Below, piece after piece: positions 31,831 to 36,125 of a DNA stretch of 36,125 nucleotides. The notes under the pieces were generated by a model that had not been told where the DNA came from, did no database searches, and saw only the letters and a list, made by a program, of their open reading frames with translations. Position 1 is the first letter of the stretch. The number at the start of each line of letters is the position of its first letter. Origin of the DNA: a virus (lineage: Duplodnaviria; Caudoviricetes). Made by a program: the position numbers and the translations under genes. The stretch is from positions 1 to 36,125 of the IMG/VR virus record IMGVR_UViG_3300032327_000455. One strand, given 5' to 3'.

Positions 31831-34800
31831 TTAAGCACCATAATCAGAATCATCTTCTTCATAGTTGGCTGGATATTGATATCCTGCTCCTGGGAACATA
31901 TTCATATACTGATTAGCTGCAGCTTGTCTTGAGTTAGTACGAGAAGCACTTCTACTATTACTAGACATACTAGGAAATTCAGAATTTAATATCGGAGCCA
32001 TTTGTTTAGAATCAAGACCTCCTGCTTTTAACTCAGCAATTCTAGCCATATATTTATTTTTAGTATTAGCATCTATTCCAGCAGTACTACCTGAAGCTCT
32101 TCCTGTAACTGTTGAATAAGCATTTGTTCCAGGTTTTAACATTAAGTTTCCACCTCCTGGACCATCTGTTAAATTGTAATAAGGATTTGAAGCATTCATG
32201 ATGTTTCTCTTAGTAACATATTCATATGCAGCTTTATTAGGAACATCAACATAATTATGTAAATATGATCTAAGACTATTTCTGTATTCTTTATCATACA
32301 TATTTTCATTCTGATGTAATACATCTTGCCTATTAGCATCATACTTCATCATATCATTCATAATACCTGCTTGTAAAGGAGAAAACTGATTAGCTATTCC
32401 AACATTTTGATTACTTATTTTACCAATTATATTACCAGCATTTCCTATAGCACCTTGTTGAGCTGCATTAGCCATAGCTAAATATTGTTGAGGACTACCT
32501 GTAAATCCTCTTGTCATACTTGTAGCTAATCCTGCATTTTCTGCAAGTTCTCTTTCAGGACTTAAGAATGCTGGATTAGGCATATATTGTTCTAACTTAG
32601 CTGCCCATGGATGATATTTCTTTGGACCAACAGCAGCTGCTGCATTAAACATTGGAGGCATTCCAAAACCAGGTTGTCTTCTTTTTTTAATAGGTGTACA
32701 TGAAGCCTGTGCTTCTTCTACAGTTTTATATCCCACTGTATTACTTCCTTCTGGAAGTGTTTTAATTACATTATCCTCACATATATACCTAGGTTCTTTC
32801 TTAGTTGTAGATTTACAAACTTTTTCAGCTTCTTCTCTAGTATTATATGTAACAGCACCTGGAGGTACTGGTGTATAAGGATCAATAGCCATCACCCCTT
32901 CTCCAGAAGGATTACACATAAATTTAGGTACTGGTTTTTCAACTCTTGGTTCTTCTTCAATAGTTGCGTATAAAGGATCTGTACCTGGGTCTTGTATATC
33001 TGGAGTAAAAACAGTATGTCTACCTTGCTTCATTCTATTTAGAGCATCTTGTTGTTCTTCAGGTGAAGCATTTTTCCAACCTTCTTTTTCTAAGAAAGTT
33101 TTATAACAACCTGGTCTAGCTTTCATATCAGCCACTGTATATAATAGATTTTCACAACCTTTTACATTCCAATTTTTACCTCTACCTTTTACTACACGTC
33201 CTTCATGCCAAGATCCTTTCTTTACACTACCTGGTTTACCCGGTATCCACCAAAGATCAGAACTACCTGGGTACGGAACATATCCTGTAGGAATAGAACC
33301 TTTACCATACACTTCAGCTTCAACATCTCCTCTATCTTTTGTTTTTACTTTTTTCTTTTTTCTAGCTTCTTCTTGTTCTTTAGTTTCCACTTGCATTCCT
33401 TCATCAGCATAAGGTAAGTATCCACCATAAGCCATTTGACCATAGTCTTGAGGAATATAATAACCACCATCTTCATACATACCACCATACATAGCTTGAT
33501 CTTGCATTTCTTGTTCTGTACAATTACCTGAAGCACAACTTCCTTGACGTCTAATACCTCTATTTATTTTTCTTTGATCATTCCAGTTTTGATAAGGATT
33601 TTTAACATGTTCTTGCCACCAGCTTCCATCATTACCAGTACGTTCTCTTCTAGGTTGAGCATATTTATCTGGCCACCATGTCATAGTACTATTACCCGGT
33701 CTATCTACAGTGTATTTGCCAGTATGATATGGATCAGCTTCTTGATTAGGAAGATCATATTTTTTCATAAATAAAAATTCAGGATGCTTCACCATTCCTT
33801 TGAGTTGTGCTCTAAGAGAATTAAAGGGGCTTACCATTCCTGTCTCAGGATTTTTATATTTATTAGCTGCTTCAAATACTGTATCATATACAGGTTGCAT
33901 TCTTGTATATGCATCTGAACCAAGTTCACTTAATCTTTTATCTTCACATGGTATAACATTACCTTGAGCATCGTAACAGGGTTCACCCCCATCAGGAAAC
34001 ATTGGAGCACCACCATATCCATAACTACCACCCCATCTTCCCATAGGAGATTGACCTTCCATCATTTCTTGATCTGGAGCTTCTTGTCCTTCAGGACCTT
34101 CGGCCATTTCTTCTTGAGGTCCTTGTTGTTGCTGTGGTTCTTCACCACCTGGTTGAGGCATTTGTTGTCCTCCTTGTTGTCCTCCACCCATCACTTCTTC
34201 AGCAATCTTAGGAATACCTTGAGGGAAACCTTTCATTGACTCTTGTATAAGAGCTAAATAACCAAGTTTCTTTTCATAGCTTTCCATCATCAATTGAGCT
34301 GTTCTTTTTCTAATAGCATCAGCTAATGGATCTTGAAGAATAGCTTTATATTTATTTATGTCATAACGTTTAGCAATCTCAGCAGGTGTATATCCATCTT
34401 TACGTGGTTTTAATCCAAAGTAACTAAGAACTTCAGGATCTTTAATTTTCATTTTCTTTGTATCAGAAAATATAAAACTTCCTTCTGGTACATTAAGAGG
34501 TGTGCCACCTTGAGTGTGACGTTTACCACCAATAATCATATGTTCATTATGACCATCATTGTTAAGATCACCGTATACAGTTTCACCTTTCTCTGCTTCT
34601 ATATTAGCATCTTCTCTATCTACTGGACCTAAAGTTCTAGAAGATTCTTCATAAGGATTTTGAGACATTGCAGAATATGTATTTCTTTGACCAAGATCAA
34701 AACCATATCCTGATTGTCCACCATAAGCCATTTGCTTTGGTCCACCTGTTATACGTATTTTCATATTATTATCAATTGTATTGTTAGTAAATCCACAATT

Positions 34801-36125
34801 ATGACATGTAGTTACATCTGATGGATCAGAAGATTCTGTTGACCAAGAATGACCACAATTTGAACATGTTACAGTTCCTCCAACAGTTCCTCCTGTTTCA
34901 AAATATCCATTTTTTCTGTAAGCATTATAAACATTTCTATCTTCCCATTTAGCAAATTCTTGTTTAAGTTTTTTTCTTTCTTCAGGAGTAAGATCTGCAA
35001 GTCTTTTATTTCCACCCATTGCACTAGCAATTGCACGTGAACTTTCATTTGGTATTCCAACATACGTATTTCTTGCATCAGCTATTGTCTTATTATAATA
35101 AATTCCTTTTGGGTTAAATAAAAGATCATCCATTGCTTTAAGCCCTGTCATAGCATCTGGGAAAATAGCAACATAACCATCTCCATCTTTTCTTCCTTTA
35201 GTAGCACCATACTTACTAGTAAATTCTCCAAAGTGTATATTACCTGGATTATTGTGATCCATATGAGAAATTGTACTAGAAGAATTATCAGTATCAGTTA
35301 TTCCATTCATATTAAAAAACACAGATGGATCTACGGGATTTCCATCAGGTGTTCTAAAAGTAAAATGCAGATGTGCACCAGTAGAATTACCAGTGTTTCC
35401 TGATAAAGCTACTCTTTGACCTTTAGCAATCTTATCACCAACAGCAACACCATAATCATTTAAATGTGCAAATCCAGATCTTGAACCATCTGAGTGACGT
35501 ATAATAAGTTGTTTACCACCTAGATCATTATAATAAACTTTTTCAACTACACCGTCCATTGGAGAAAATACTGGAGTATTTATAGGTGCATATAAATCAA
35601 TACCATTATGATCTGTAGATGCTCCCTTTAGAGGAGCTTTTCTAGAACCAAATCCACTAGTAATTTTTATAGTACTTAGTGGCATAGCAAATGCTCCAGA
35701 TGATATAGAAGAATTTTGATTTTCAACAGGTGCAGCTTCTGTTTGTTCCATTGGTTGCTCAATAGGTTGTTGTACTGGCTTATCCTGCATAAGCTTATCA
35801 ACATCAACATATTCAACAGGCATCTCTAAAGCTTCTTCAATAGCACCACCAAAAGCTCTTATCTTCATTCCGGGATTATTCATGTAACGACCCTCATTAG
35901 TAAAACCTTGTTCAGGTTGTCTAAACGCACCATATGAACTACCTGTTACACTCCAATTACCATGATTACCACTTCTATTAACCGGAACTACAGCTGCAGA
36001 ATTATATCTTTGATTTCTAGCCCACTGATCATAATCTTTTTGTTTTTGCTTATCTCTTACAAATTGTCCAACCACTCCCACCTTATCTGTCAATCCTTTA
36101 AAAGCATCCACCATAGTATTAAATC
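31831..36125 (-). CDS. Multidomain putative virion protein: M23 peptidase + NNPGNI lysozyme-like domain + Zn ribbon (probably 5'-truncated)
   Basis: M23 motifs ITSGFG, HNGID (35596-35610), GNTGNSTGAHLHF (HLH 35365-35373). HNNPGNI at 35236-35256; CSNC...CHNC; EAEKGE..GGKRHTQGG..FIFSD domain. The frame stays open upstream of ATG 36114 to the window edge (F-N-T-M). Confidence 0.8.
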   Translation of the reverse strand, partial: FNTMVDAFKGLTDKVGVVGQFVRDKQKQKDYDQWARNQRYNSAAVVPVNRSGNHGNWSVTGSSYGAFRQPEQGFTNEGRYMNNPGMKIRAFGGAIEEALEMPVEYVDVDKLMQDKPVQQPIEQPMEQTEAAPVENQNSSISSGAFAMPLSTIKITSGFGSRKAPLKGASTDHNGIDLYAPINTPVFSPMDGVVEKVYYNDLGGKQLIIRHSDGSRSGFAHLNDYGVAVGDKIAKGQRVALSGNTGNSTGAHLHFTFRTPDGNPVDPSVFFNMNGITDTDNSSSTISHMDHNNPGNIHFGEFTSKYGATKGRKDGDGYVAIFPDAMTGLKAMDDLLFNPKGIYYNKTIADARNTYVGIPNESSRAIASAMGGNKRLADLTPEERKKLKQEFAKWEDRNVYNAYRKNGYFETGGTVGGTVTCSNCGHSWSTESSDPSDVTTCHNCGFTNNTIDNNMKIRITGGPKQMAYGGQSGYGFDLGQRNTYSAMSQNPYEESSRTLGPVDREDANIEAEKGETVYGDLNNDGHNEHMIIGGKRHTQGGTPLNVPEGSFIFSDTKKMKIKDPEVLSYFGLKPRKDGYTPAEIAKRYDINKYKAILQDPLADAIRKRTAQLMMESYEKKLGYLALIQESMKGFPQGIPKIAEEVMGGGQQGGQQMPQPGGEEPQQQQGPQEEMAEGPEGQEAPDQEMMEGQSPMGRWGGSYGYGGAPMFPDGGEPCYDAQGNVIPCEDKRLSELGSDAYTRMQPVYDTVFEAANKYKNPETGMVSPFNSLRAQLKGMVKHPEFLFMKKYDLPNQEADPYHTGKYTVDRPGNSTMTWWPDKYAQPRRERTGNDGSWWQEHVKNPYQNWNDQRKINRGIRRQGSCASGNCTEQEMQDQAMYGGMYEDGGYYIPQDYGQMAYGGYLPYADEGMQVETKEQEEARKKKKVKTKDRGDVEAEVYGKGSIPTGYVPYPGSSDLWWIPGKPGSVKKGSWHEGRVVKGRGKNWNVKGCENLLYTVADMKARPGCYKTFLEKEGWKNASPEEQQDALNRMKQGRHTVFTPDIQDPGTDPLYATIEEEPRVEKPVPKFMCNPSGEGVMAIDPYTPVPPGAVTYNTREEAEKVCKSTTKKEPRYICEDNVIKTLPEGSNTVGYKTVEEAQASCTPIKKRRQPGFGMPPMFNAAAAVGPKKYHPWAAKLEQYMPNPAFLSPERELAENAGLATSMTRGFTGSPQQYLAMANAAQQGAIGNAGNIIGKISNQNVGIANQFSPLQAGIMNDMMKYDANRQDVLHQNENMYDKEYRNSLRSYLHNYVDVPNKAAYEYVTKRNIMNASNPYYNLTDGPGGGNLMLKPGTNAYSTVTGRASGSTAGIDANTKNKYMARIAELKAGGLDSKQMAPILNSEFPSMSSNSRSASRTNSRQAAANQYMNMFPGAGYQYPANYEEDDSDYGA

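Noticed and set aside
34040-34190. Gln/Glu/Gly-rich stretch as a DNA repeat element
   Set aside because: It is a low-complexity protein linker with no regular nucleotide repeat unit.
617-35078. Short opposite-strand or alternate-frame ORFs in the track (e.g. 617-856, 1318-1545, 6647-6886, 8306-8623, 14756-15070, 23324-23584, 33964-34239)
   Set aside because: They lie within or across well-supported genes, have shadow-ORF composition and show no motifs.
65-36114. Stop-codon reassignment as seen in some crAss-like phages
   Set aside because: Very long ORFs are intact in code 11, and TAA, TAG (1942, 4347, 4576) and TGA (3367, 4126, 9300) all end genes at sensible boundaries.

Overview
AT-rich phage DNA laid out like a crAss-like (Crassvirales-related) phage of Bacteroidota, in two convergent blocks that meet at a bidirectional terminator (~9692-9722). 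The + strand block (1-9708) is a replication/recombination module: Sak4/AAA_24-like ATPase, probable SSB, DnaG-type primase, HNH nuclease, ECF-like sigma factor, XRE regulator, PD-(D/E)XK exonuclease, family B DNA polymerase, dNMP kinase and several hypotheticals. The - strand block (9721-36125) holds four very large genes that look like virion cargo/ejection proteins. In transcription order these are: (i) a >=1427-aa protein, open at the window edge, with an M23 peptidase, an NNPGNI lysozyme-like domain, a Zn ribbon and recurring xxGG motifs; (ii) a ~1033-aa unknown; (iii) a 4783-aa polyprotein with a Gly/Ala-rich N-terminal region, an HExxH zincin domain and a crAss-type RNA polymerase (GADFDIDK); (iv) a 1522-aa protein with an N-terminal PD-(D/E)XK nuclease. 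The standard genetic code is used. I saw no inteins, introns, tRNAs or CRISPR arrays. The best candidates for novelty are the nuclease-bearing cargo protein, the protease-RNAP polyprotein, and a phage ECF sigma factor that appears to have been inserted into the replication operon. All family calls come from motif recognition by eye; no database searches were run.
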